This document shows, piece after piece, positions 10,629-19,602 of a DNA stretch of 64,000 nucleotides (its first letter is position 1; each line of letters starts with the position of its first letter). The notes below the pieces were generated by a model. That model was not told where the DNA came from, did not search any database, and saw only the letters and a list, made by a program, of their open reading frames with translations. Location of the stretch: the NCBI GenBank assembly GCA_963813065.1, contig CAWEXP010000010.1, positions 96,250 through 160,249 on the forward strand. The letters are read 5' to 3'. The DNA comes from Candidatus Kaiserbacteria bacterium (GTDB taxonomy: Bacteria; Patescibacteriota; Minisyncoccia; Phycocordibacterales; Phycocordibacteraceae). A program made the translations under genes and the position numbers.

Positions 10629-10764
10629 CTCGCACACCCAACTGCGCATCGTGTCTTTTGCTTCCACGGAAGCGATGGAGAAATATTATTGTTATCGAAT
10701 TTATTGATTGTGGTAAAAATTTAGCGAAGACACACTAGAAGCAATGCGCAATTGGGTGTGCGAG
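10629..10764. repeat. 136-bp element with 21-bp terminal inverted repeats (MITE-like or structured RNA)
   Basis: ctcgcacacccaactgcgcat (10629-10649) vs atgcgcaattgggtgtgcgag (10744-10764), 1 mismatch; inner gtgtctt/aagacac pairing. Confidence 0.7.
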
Positions 10765-10895
10765 TTATCCACACATCGAGAAATAATTCGCGCATATTTT
10801 TTTCGCGCGAGTGATAATACAGAGCAGAAACGTTTGCGTGATATTTTTTCTCGCAAACGGGTCGACTATACCAGCCATCATTCATACACAACACC

Positions 10896-10964
10896 ATGGC
10901 AAAGAAGGCAAAGAAGACGAAGAAAGTCGCAAAGAAGGTTGCAAAGAAGAAGTCTCGCCGCTAG
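10896..10964 (+). CDS. 22-aa Lys-rich basic peptide MAKKAKKTKKVAKKVAKKKSRR
   Basis: ATG...TAG below the ORF-track cutoff, strongly AAG-biased codons, immediately followed by a terminator. Confidence 0.65.
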   Translation: MAKKAKKTKKVAKKVAKKKSRR

Positions 10965-10974
10965 TTCGGCAAAG

Positions 10975-11008
10975 ACGCAAAACGCTCCCCTCCGGGAGCG
11001 TTTTGCGT
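10975..11008 (+). terminator. Intrinsic terminator
   Basis: acgcaaaacgctccc-ctcc-gggagcgttttgcgt perfect hairpin. Confidence 0.8.
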
Positions 11009-11021
11009 TATAGTGCACACC

Positions 11022-13604
11022 ATGTTCAACCCGCTGTCCCGCTTCTTCTCTAAGAACCAATCCGCGGCCTTTCTGAAGGCTGCGGCCTCGGTCGTTTCTG
11101 CCGCAGGAGCACTCGAAGCCGAGCTGGAGAAGCTCTCGCAGGAAGACCTGCGGGCGAAGGTTGCCGAGCTGAAGGCGCGCGCAGGAAACGGCGTTCCCGA
11201 AGCCGATATTCCGCTTGTGTTTGCGCTCGTGCGTGAGGCGGCGCGCCGCACCCTCGCCCAGCGCCCTTTCGATGTTCAGCTCATCGGCGGTCTCGCGCTC
11301 GCGCGGGGCAAGATTGCCGAGATGCGTACGGGCGAGGGCAAAACCTTGGTTGCAACTCTGCCTGTCACCCTCGCTGCGCTTGCGGGGAAGGGGGTGCACA
11401 TCGTGACGGTGAATGATTATCTTGCGCGTCGTGACTCCGCATGGATGGGGCAGATCTATGACTATCTCGGGCTCTCGGTCGGCGTGATTACCTCGAGTGG
11501 TGCATATCGCTACGATGCCTCGCATGTCGAGAAGAAAGAAGATGCCGAGCGCGACGCCGCCGGGTCGTTCAAAGTTTTTTATGATTTTTTGCGTCCTTGC
11601 ACCAAGCGCGAAGCGTATGCGGCAGACCTCACCTACGCGACCAACAACGAGCTCGGGTTCGATTATCTGCGCGACAACACTGCCTACACCGCCGAACAGA
11701 TTTCTCAGCGTGGCCACGCCTATGCCATCGTCGACGAGATTGACTCAATCTTGATTGACGAAGCGCGCACCCCGCTCATCATCAGCGGACCGGCCGGCGA
11801 CTGGGGAATCTCTATCAGCAATTTGCGCAGATCGTACATGGTTTTAGTAAGGATGAGGATTATACGGTCGACGAGAAGCAAAAAGCCATCCAGATAACCG
11901 AAGCGGGGATGAAGAAAGCCGAACAGGCCCTCGGGATGGAAAATCTCTACACCGAAGGCGGTATCAAATATGCGCATCACCTCGAGACCGCGGTGCGCGC
12001 CGCGGCACTCTTCCACAAGGATAAAGAGTACGTCGTGAAGGATGGTGAGATTATGATTGTTGACGAATTCACGGGCCGTATGCAGCCCGGTCGCCGTTGG
12101 AGCGAAGGTTTGCACCAGGCGATTGAAGCAAAAGAAGGCGTATTGGTAAAAGAAGAGACACGCACCTATGCCTCGGTCACGTTCCAAAATTATTTCCGCA
12201 TGTACGAGAAGGTCGCGGGCATGACCGGTACCGCGCTCTCGAGCGAGGAAGAATTTTTCACCGTCTATGGGCTCGATGTGGTCGTCGTCCCGACGCACCG
12301 GCCCTCGGCGAGAAAAGACTTTGATGATCTCATCTTCCAGACTGCGGCCGGGAAGTATCGCGCAGTGGCCAAGCGGGTCAAACAATTCCACGAGAAGGGC
12401 CAGCCAGTGCTCATCGGCACGGTCTCGATCGAGGACAACGAGCTCGTGAGCCACTATCTCGATTCTGCGGGCGTCCCGCACGAGGTGTTGAACGCCAAGA
12501 ATCATGAACGCGAAGGCGAAATCATCGCCGAGGCAGGTGCGCCCGGGCCGCGTGACGGTCGCGACCAACCTCGCGGGCCGCGGTGTGGACATCAAGCTTG
12601 GTGGCGCTCTGGCAACTGTAGAGTCTCGCGCGCTCGTGGTGGAGAAAGGCGGCTTGGCGGTCATCGGCACCGAGCGGCACGACGCGCGCCGCATCGACAA
12701 CCAGCTCCGCGGACGTTCCGGCCGCCAGGGCGACCCGGGCGAGACGCGGTTCTTCGTCTCGCTCGAGGACAAACTCATGCGCGTCTTCGCGAGCGAGACG
12801 CTGAAGCGCGTGATGGGCGGCTTCGGCCTCCCCGAGGACGAGCCGATTGAGAGTGGGATGATTACTAAGTCGCTTGAGAGCGCGCAGGAGCGTATCGAGG
12901 GATTCAACTTCGATTCGCGCAAGCAGGTGCTCGCCTACGACGACGTGATGAACACCCAGCGTCTCTCCATCTACGCGCGCCGTCGCCGCGCCCTGCTCGG
13001 CACAAACGAGGAGGTTGTCGAGGAGGCGCGCACACTGCTTCGTGGCGAAAATACGGAAGTCAGACTTCCGTACCAGGTAGGGAAGTCTGACTTCCGTACT
13101 ATACTGGAGGCCAAGCAGGCAGAACTCGGCGAGCAGTTCATACCGTTGCTGCGCCGCCTCATCTTGCAGGTCATAGACACCTTCTGGCTTGAGCATCTCG
13201 ACACGATGGAGTACTTGCGCCGCTCCGTGTCGCTGCGCGCCTACGGCCAGCGCGATCCGCTTATCGAGTATCGCCGCGAGGGCTTGCAGCGCTTCCGCGC
13301 GATGGAGGAGGGCATCGCGCGCATGTTTGGCGAGACACTCCCCAATCTCACCCTCGCGCAGGACGCGGCCATCAAGCAGGAGGAGGCGCGGCTACGCGCG
13401 CAGCTCGAGAAGGCGGGCAGCGCATCGTTGTCCCCGGCGGGGGGCAAGGAGAGTGCCGTTGGCGCTGCGCATGCGCCCATCGTCAACGCGACCGGCCACG
13501 GCAGGAACGATGTGGTCACGGTCAAGAAGGGCACCGAGACGCAAACTATTAAATATAAAAAGGCCGAGGCCCTCCTCGCCGAGGGCTGGGAATTGATGCC
13601 ATAA
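11022..13604 (+). CDS. secA: Preprotein translocase SecA (two apparent single-base frameshifts near 11802 and 12547)
   Basis: [75 protein letters not shown] across three frames. Confidence 0.97.
13052..13098. repeat. Inverted palindrome doublet (GGAAGTC-A/T-GACTTCC) inside secA
   Basis: tacggaagtcagacttccgta-ccaggtag-ggaagtctgacttccgta. Confidence 0.85.
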
Positions 13605-13638
13605 GCACGAAATTCGAAGCTCGAAATACGAAACAAAT
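13605..13638. repeat. Heptamer tandem repeats (left arm of four-helix-bundle element)
   Basis: gcacgaa attcgaa gctcgaa atacgaa acaaat. Confidence 0.8.
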
Positions 13639-13643
13639 AAAAA

Positions 13644-14012
13644 ATGACAGAAACGAAAAAAGCAGCCCGATACGACTTAGAAGAGCGTACATTTACATTC
13701 GCGAAAGACGTACGGTTGTTCGTGCGTACGATACCTCGTTCTGTAGCAAATCAGGAAGATACCAGTCAACTCGTTCGCTCTTCTGGCTCGGTCGGTGCAA
13801 ACTACATAGAGGCGAACGAGGCTCTGAGCAAGAAGGACTTTCTCATGCGGATAAAAATTGCACGGAAGGAGGCCAAGGAGTCTGCATTTTGGCTCAAATT
13901 GATTGACGCGGGCAGTGTTCCTGCAGTGGAGGAGAGACGGAAGTTGCTCCAACGTGAGGCAGATGAGCTTATGTTTATTTTGAGTGCCATTATGCGTAAG
14001 AGCATGGGTTAG
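13644..14012 (+). CDS. Four-helix-bundle protein (23S rRNA IVS/bAvd-like, TIGR02436-type)
   Basis: YDLEERT, QLVRSSGSVGANYIEANE.LSKKDF..RIKIARKEAKES.FWL. Confidence 0.92.
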   Translation: MTETKKAARYDLEERTFTFAKDVRLFVRTIPRSVANQEDTSQLVRSSGSVGANYIEANEALSKKDFLMRIKIARKEAKESAFWLKLIDAGSVPAVEERRKLLQREADELMFILSAIMRKSMG

Positions 14013-14021
14013 TTTCTGTTT

Positions 14022-14069
14022 TTCGTGCTTCGGATTTGTTTCGATTTTCGGATTTCGTGCTTCGGATTT
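14022..14069. repeat. Heptamer tandem repeats (right arm, inverted relative to left)
   Basis: ttcgtgc ttcggat ttgt ttcgatt ttcggat ttcgtgc ttcggat. Confidence 0.8.
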
Positions 14070-14151
14070 TTTAATGCTAGGCCATGTAATTGTCCCCTCC
14101 CTTGTTTCTGGCGGGCCTTGTGCTCCGTTTGGATGCGGTATCATATGCTCC

Positions 14152-14826
14152 ATGAAGAAAATATTCTGGATATCAGGCTTGCTCGCGGCTGCGTCGCTTA
14201 TCGTTGTCATTTCTCCATTCTCGATGAGCGCGCCGGAGACGCGAGCGGCGACCGTTATCTCGACCGGTGGCCTCAAGAGCGCCGTCGTGAGCCTCGCGAG
14301 CTTCTTCAAGAACCAGAAGTACGAGTACGTGGACGATGCGACCACTACCACCGCCCGCTACAATGGTGCGAATAGTACCTGGATTACCGCCTCCGGCTCT
14401 CCCTTCTCCACTACGGGGACGATACTCGTGAGCGGCGCGGTCAAGGTGGACCTCGCGACGGGCTTGTGGTGGAGTGACAGGACCTCCTCCACTACGGATA
14501 ATCAATTCACCGAGGTATTCACGGGCGGCAAAGCCACCGGCATAACGGGCGGCAACTCCCTCGCGGTCTGCGCTGCCTTGAACGCTGCAAATGGCGGTGC
14601 TGGATTCGCCGGCCACAACGACTGGTACCTGCCATCGCAGAAGCAGCTCATGCAGGCATATATAGACGGATCAAATAACAACCTGCCTAATCCCGGCAAC
14701 AACTTCTGGTCGTCTACGGAGTACTACGGTACTCCGGCTAGCGCCTGGGGCGTGTACTTGAACAGCGGCTACACGGGCAGCAACGCTAAGGTGACGCTCG
14801 GCTATGTTCGTTGCGTTCGTCCCTGA
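14152..14826 (+). CDS. Secreted DUF1566 (Lcl/C-type-lectin fold) protein, DGR-target-like
   Basis: Signal peptide MKKIFWISG...; DLATGLWW, GFAGHNDWYLPSQKQL, FWSSTE...AW.V...G...YVRCVR. Confidence 0.88.
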   Translation: MKKIFWISGLLAAASLIVVISPFSMSAPETRAATVISTGGLKSAVVSLASFFKNQKYEYVDDATTTTARYNGANSTWITASGSPFSTTGTILVSGAVKVDLATGLWWSDRTSSTTDNQFTEVFTGGKATGITGGNSLAVCAALNAANGGAGFAGHNDWYLPSQKQLMQAYIDGSNNNLPNPGNNFWSSTEYYGTPASAWGVYLNSGYTGSNAKVTLGYVRCVRP

Positions 14827-14872
14827 GGCAAGGTTATTTGAATTATTTGCATTTTTGGATGATTTAATCCGT

Positions 14873-14920
14873 AAAAAGGCAGAATTACTTCTTGCAGAGG
14901 GTTGGGAGCTTATCTAAGCA
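14873..14920 (+). pseudogene. Synonymously recoded duplicate of the secA 3' end ([14 protein letters not shown])
   Basis: Translates like the SecA terminus [15 protein letters not shown]; both are followed by taagca. Confidence 0.8.
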
Positions 14921-14930
14921 AAAACCATAT

Positions 14931-15599
14931 ATGAAAAATGTCGTCATCACCGGAGTGGGGCGGGGGATTGGCAAAGCGTTGGCAGAGAAATTTTTGGCTG
15001 AAGGATTCCACGTGTTTGGGACGAGCATGACCGGCACCGCCGACTACACGCACCCCGAGCTCACGCTCTTCAAGCTCGACCTGCGCTCGTCTGCGAGTAT
15101 TGCCGAGGCGGCGATGGCTATTATCGCTGTGGCTCAGCCCGTCGACATCTTGATCAATAACGCTGGCGTCCTGCTCGATGAAGCGGAGACGAGTCTCAAG
15201 CCCGAGCTCCTGCGCGACACGCTTGCGGTCAATCTTATTGGTACCGCGAATTTCACCGAGCTCTTGAAGGGAGCGGTGGCGGCGGGCGGACATATCATCA
15301 ATATCTCTTCGAGCGCCGGTTCGCTCGAGTTGGTAGGGATGGAGAGTCACGAGCCCGGCCACTATCCTGCGTACAAAATCTCGAAGGCTGCGCTCAATAT
15401 GTATACGCGCACCCTCGCCGCAGAGCTTGTTGGGAAGGCGATTGTCTCGTCGGTGCACCCGGGTTGGGTGCAGACCTCGATGGGCGGGGCAGAGGCCGAG
15501 AGCACCCCAGCCGAAGCCGCCGAAGGCATTTTCAATTTTTCAATTTCCAATCCGGCAACGGGGCGGTTCTGGTTCCGTAGCGAAGAAATCCCATGGTAA
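14931..15599 (+). CDS. Short-chain dehydrogenase/reductase (C-factor/carbonyl reductase-like)
   Basis: TGVGRGIG, NNAG, YKISK, HPGWVQT. Confidence 0.92.
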   Translation: MKNVVITGVGRGIGKALAEKFLAEGFHVFGTSMTGTADYTHPELTLFKLDLRSSASIAEAAMAIIAVAQPVDILINNAGVLLDEAETSLKPELLRDTLAVNLIGTANFTELLKGAVAAGGHIINISSSAGSLELVGMESHEPGHYPAYKISKAALNMYTRTLAAELVGKAIVSSVHPGWVQTSMGGAEAESTPAEAAEGIFNFSISNPATGRFWFRSEEIPW

Positions 15600-15600
15600 A

Positions 15601-15626
15601 AAACTAGGACACGGCGTGTCCTAAAT
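15601..15626. repeat. Palindrome family A, downstream copy
   Basis: aaactaggacacggcgtgtcctaaat, identical to 16298-16323. Confidence 0.92.
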
Positions 15627-16271
15627 TTAGAGTTCGATGCTTTTGCTCTCGCTGGCGATAATTGGATCCGAAATAATGGAGCGTATTTCTTTCTGTTGTT
15701 CTTGGGTCGTGCCAAGAACTGGGCGTAATTCACTCATCTGCAAAATGGAGGGAAAATTCTTAGACTCATTGTAGTCGAGATAACTACTCCAGCGATAGGC
15801 ATGCAATTCGTCGAGTGCATCTTTTGCATGGCGAACACCTCCCTGTCGCCATTCAGGATGGCTCAAATCAAGGGGATTAAGATGAATATAGTAAGGAACA
15901 TACATAAAATGTGCATCACGAGTGACGAGAACCTTTCTGAAAGTTCCTTGCCAGAGAACGCCAGAGCGTTGATATTTTTCATTTACATATTTCGCGTAGC
16001 CCATATTCAGTTTCCGCATGAATAAAGAGAGCGAGCCTTCTTTTGTGGGGGAGACGAGCAAGTGGTAGTGGTTTGGCATGAGTGCGTACGCATGAATGTG
16101 CACAAGGAGATCCCGTTTATGCGGTGCCTCACGTGCTTTCAGTATATAGTTTGGCGCCGAGCAAGTATCATTGAATATGTACATATCATGGATAAAACGA
16201 AGATAGTCTCCGTCTTCCATAAAGACTTTTCGTTTATCGACACCCCGATTTACCAAGTGATAAAACTCCAT
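15627..16271 (-). CDS. HUH Y1 transposase, RAYT-like (locus A)
   Basis: YHLVNRGVDKR, AYALMPNHYHLL (HUH), YIHLNP (catalytic Tyr), YRWSSY. Confidence 0.92.
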   Translation of the reverse strand: MEFYHLVNRGVDKRKVFMEDGDYLRFIHDMYIFNDTCSAPNYILKAREAPHKRDLLVHIHAYALMPNHYHLLVSPTKEGSLSLFMRKLNMGYAKYVNEKYQRSGVLWQGTFRKVLVTRDAHFMYVPYYIHLNPLDLSHPEWRQGGVRHAKDALDELHAYRWSSYLDYNESKNFPSILQMSELRPVLGTTQEQQKEIRSIISDPIIASESKSIEL

Positions 16272-16297
16272 CGAATGTCATATTAGCAAGCCGTTTC

Positions 16298-16323
16298 AAA
16301 CTAGGACACGGCGTGTCCTAAAT
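16298..16323. repeat. Palindrome family A, upstream copy
   Basis: 26-bp exact direct repeat of 15601-15626. Confidence 0.92.
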
Positions 16324-16389
16324 AAGAGTGGATAAGTTGAGTCATAAATTTCTGACACGAAATCTGAAAATGTGCTAGGGTGAGGTTCT

Positions 16390-17370
16390 ATGGCATTTGT
16401 TGATGAGGTACGGATACACGCAAGCGCCGGCAAGGGCGGCGACGGCGTCATTCGCTGGTTGCGCAATAAAGAGACCGCACGCGGCGGGCCCAGCGGTGGC
16501 GACGGCGGCAGAGGCGGCGATGTGATCGCGATCGGTGTTCGCGATCTCGCAGTACTTTCGAATTACCGGTACGAAAAAGAGTTTCGCGCCGAGAATGGTG
16601 AAGATGGCGCCGGACAATTGAAGCACGGCAAGAATGGCTCCTCGGTTATTTTGAAAGTTCCGGTTGGTACCGTTGCCAGAATTATTGAGACGGGAGCAAC
16701 GTACGAGATAACCAACGAAGGTGAGGAGGTCGTCATCTTCAAGGGCGGCTCGGGAGGGAAGGGGAATGCCCGATTCAAGGGTGCGACGAATCAGAACCCG
16801 TTCCAGCAAACGATGGGCAAGCCAGCCCAGGGTGGGGATATCGATCTGACGCTCAAGATCATCGCGGACGCCGGTCTCGTCGGCCTGCCCAACGCGGGCA
16901 AGTCCTCCCTCCTCAACGCGCTAACCCGTGCCAAGAGCAAGGTCGGTGCCTACGCCTTCACCACCCTCGAGCCGAACCTCGGCGACTTCTTCGGGTTCAT
17001 TCTTGCGGACATTCCGGGCCTCATCGAGGGTGCCTCGTCCGGCCGAGGGCTCGGCACAAAATTTCTTAAGCACGTAGAAAGAACAGGAATCCTCTTACAT
17101 CTCGTCTCGGCTACCCAAGATGACCCTGTCGCGGCGTATAGGGAGGTGGAGAAAGAGCTCTCGGCCTTCGGTCATGGCCTGGAGGCGAAGAGGGAAGTTA
17201 TTATCCTCTCAAAAACTGACCTCATTAGTCCTGCCGAGCGAGAAACCAAGCTCGAACTGCTGGCCCGCGAGACCGGTCGGGAGGTGGTGGGCGTCTCAAC
17301 CCTGGACCCCGACTCCCTTAAGGATTTTTCGGACTATCTCGCCAAGCTCTTCCGTACCAAACCCGCTTAG
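16390..17370 (+). CDS. obgE: GTPase ObgE/CgtA
   Basis: FVDEVRI..AGKGGDG, GGDGGRGG, GLPNAGKSS, FTTLEPNLG, DIPGLIEGA. Confidence 0.97.
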   Translation: MAFVDEVRIHASAGKGGDGVIRWLRNKETARGGPSGGDGGRGGDVIAIGVRDLAVLSNYRYEKEFRAENGEDGAGQLKHGKNGSSVILKVPVGTVARIIETGATYEITNEGEEVVIFKGGSGGKGNARFKGATNQNPFQQTMGKPAQGGDIDLTLKIIADAGLVGLPNAGKSSLLNALTRAKSKVGAYAFTTLEPNLGDFFGFILADIPGLIEGASSGRGLGTKFLKHVERTGILLHLVSATQDDPVAAYREVEKELSAFGHGLEAKREVIILSKTDLISPAERETKLELLARETGREVVGVSTLDPDSLKDFSDYLAKLFRTKPA

Positions 17371-17385
17371 TGCTAGGATGGCCGC

Positions 17386-18801
17386 ATGGAGTTCCGCCCA
17401 ACTATCGGCCTCGAGATTCACGCCGAATTAGCCACCGCAACCAAGATGTTTTGTTCGTGCGAGAACAATCCGGACGAGGCTCGTCCGAATGTGAACGTGT
17501 GCCCGATCTGCCTCGCGCATCCCGGCACTTTGCCCGTTATCAATCGCGAGGCCGTGCGCCAGGTGCTCCGCGTCGGCACCGCGCTCGGCTCGCGGCTCGC
17601 GGACTATAGCGAGTTCGACCGCAAGAGTTATTTCTATCCGGACATCCCGAAGGGGTATCAGATTAGTCAGTACGAACACCCACTCGTTGCAGGTGGCTTG
17701 CTCGCCGGCGTCGCGATAACGCGCGTGCATCTCGAAGAAGATACTGCACGCTCAACGCACGCAAAAAATAAATCACTCATCGATTTCAATCGTGCAGGCG
17801 TGCCGCTCATGGAGCTCGTCACCGAGCCAGTCATCCACGATGCCGAGACGGCGGGGAAGTTCGCGCGCGAACTCCAGTTACTTCTGCGTACCCTCGGCGC
17901 TTCCGAGGCGAATCTCGAGAAGGGAGAGATGCGTATCGAAGCGAATGTCTCCATCTCTGCGGAAGAAGGGAAGTTCGGTACCAAGACCGAGGTGAAGAAT
18001 CTTAACTCGTTCCGTTCAGTCGAGCGCGCCATCGCGCACGAGATCGAGCGACAGACCAAAGCACTGCTCGCCGGAGAGAAACTTATTCAAGAAACACGCG
18101 GCTGGGACGAGTCTAAGCAGACGACCTTCCATCAACGCTTTAAGGAGGGGAGCGCAGACTACCGCTATTTCCCGGAGCCCGATCTCCCCTCGCTTCGCCT
18201 CTCTGAGGTGCCAGAATTTTCGACAGAGGTTCTGCGCGCAACACTTCCAGAATTGCCTTGGATTCGCCGCGCACGCTACGAAGCACTCGGCGTCAAGAAA
18301 GAATATGTCGACGTCCTGGTCAGCGATGATTTTTTACAAGCGCTCTTCGAAGGTGTGGTGAAGCGAAGTGAAGAATCTGATTCGAAGATTATTGCGCTCG
18401 CGGTAAATTACCTCATGTCAGACGTGGTCAGTTTGATGCCGGGCTCTGCACGCGAGGCGAGCGAAGATTTTATTGATGCGTTTTTCACGTTGATGCGCAT
18501 GGTGGAGAAGGGCACCGTCTCTTCACGCGGTGCCAAGGATATACTCGGTGAGCTGTATCGGAATGGCGGTGAGCCCACTACAATCGCAGAGGAACTCGGG
18601 CTTGTGCAGGTGCACGATGAGGGGGCACTCAAGATAGCGGTGGCAGACGTCATTGCGGCCAATTCCGGGCCAGTTGCGGACTATCGAGCAGGGAAGGAGG
18701 CGGCGCTTCAGTTCCTTGTTGGGGCCGCCATGAAGAAGACAAAAGGCGCTGGTAACCCAGGCAAGTTACGGGAGATCTTCGTCGCCGAGCTGAATAACTA
18801 G
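17386..18801 (+). CDS. gatB: Asp/Glu-tRNA amidotransferase subunit B
   Basis: IGLEIHAEL, YFYPDIPKGYQISQY, HLEED, DFNRAGVPLMELVTEP, YRYFPEPDL. Confidence 0.97.
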   Translation: MEFRPTIGLEIHAELATATKMFCSCENNPDEARPNVNVCPICLAHPGTLPVINREAVRQVLRVGTALGSRLADYSEFDRKSYFYPDIPKGYQISQYEHPLVAGGLLAGVAITRVHLEEDTARSTHAKNKSLIDFNRAGVPLMELVTEPVIHDAETAGKFARELQLLLRTLGASEANLEKGEMRIEANVSISAEEGKFGTKTEVKNLNSFRSVERAIAHEIERQTKALLAGEKLIQETRGWDESKQTTFHQRFKEGSADYRYFPEPDLPSLRLSEVPEFSTEVLRATLPELPWIRRARYEALGVKKEYVDVLVSDDFLQALFEGVVKRSEESDSKIIALAVNYLMSDVVSLMPGSAREASEDFIDAFFTLMRMVEKGTVSSRGAKDILGELYRNGGEPTTIAEELGLVQVHDEGALKIAVADVIAANSGPVADYRAGKEAALQFLVGAAMKKTKGAGNPGKLREIFVAELNN

Positions 18802-18861
18802 ATTTTTGGGCTATACACAGTACCTCTCGCATCCGAGCCGAGAAAGCCTTATACTGAAAGC

Positions 18862-19602
18862 ATGAATGAGATAACTATTGAGGACAAGAAATATGTCTCG
18901 TCCAAAAAAGCCGCAGAGATGACGGGCTATGCAAAGGATTACGTCGGCCAGCTCTGTCGCGAAGGGCGTGTTCCGGCTCGCCTTATCGGTCGGAACTGGT
19001 ACGTACTTGAGTCCGCGATAGAGGATCATCGCTTCGGACCCGAAGAAAAGGCTTCAAAAACCAAGGAATCAAAGGTTGAGACAGCTGGCGCTACTACTGA
19101 TACCTGGCCGATCTCGCATTACGAGTCTGCAGAATTGGCTCACATCCCAAGCATTAACCGCCTCGCTATGCCGTCTCAAAAAAAAGAAAGCGTATACGAG
19201 CAACCAAAGCCCGTAGAAGAGATGGGAAGTGTCTGGAAGGAGTGGTTCGTGCAGGCATCGGGAGCCTCAGAAGCCGCACAAGAGCAAATAGAGGTCGTAG
19301 AGAGCGAGCCGGAACAACCAGAAGTAGTCACAGAAGAGGAGATAGAGAGCGAAAGCGTCGAGGTCAATGTTCCCCTACGCACTGTCCAGCACGCCCCTGC
19401 GGCTCCCAGTGAGGAGATAGAGGATGAAGAAGAGGAAGTAGTGGCTCCGCCGAGATCTATGTTCATACCGAAGCTTGTTGCAACCGCACTCGCCATCATT
19501 TTTTTGGTTCTGTTCGCCGCAAACAGTGGCTATCTAGATACTTTCATAGGCTCGAGTCAACAAGCTTCCATATTCACTGGCATCTCTACCTATAGTAAAT
19601 AG
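18862..19602 (+). CDS. Excisionase/MerR-like HTH protein with acidic linker and C-terminal TM helix
   Basis: YVSSKKAAEMTGYAKDYVGQLCREGRVPARLIGRNWYV; Glu-rich linker; LVATALAIIFLVLFAA. Confidence 0.8.
   Translation: MNEITIEDKKYVSSKKAAEMTGYAKDYVGQLCREGRVPARLIGRNWYVLESAIEDHRFGPEEKASKTKESKVETAGATTDTWPISHYESAELAHIPSINRLAMPSQKKESVYEQPKPVEEMGSVWKEWFVQASGASEAAQEQIEVVESEPEQPEVVTEEEIESESVEVNVPLRTVQHAPAAPSEEIEDEEEEVVAPPRSMFIPKLVATALAIIFLVLFAANSGYLDTFIGSSQQASIFTGISTYSK

Noticed and set aside
10766-10774. DnaA box suggesting oriC (also near-matches at ~16328, ~20145 and a match at ~38125)
   Set aside because: Isolated boxes, no cluster and no dnaA/dnaN in the window
13644-14826. Complete diversity-generating retroelement
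   Set aside because: No reverse transcriptase and no template repeat in the window; kept only as a candidate remote target
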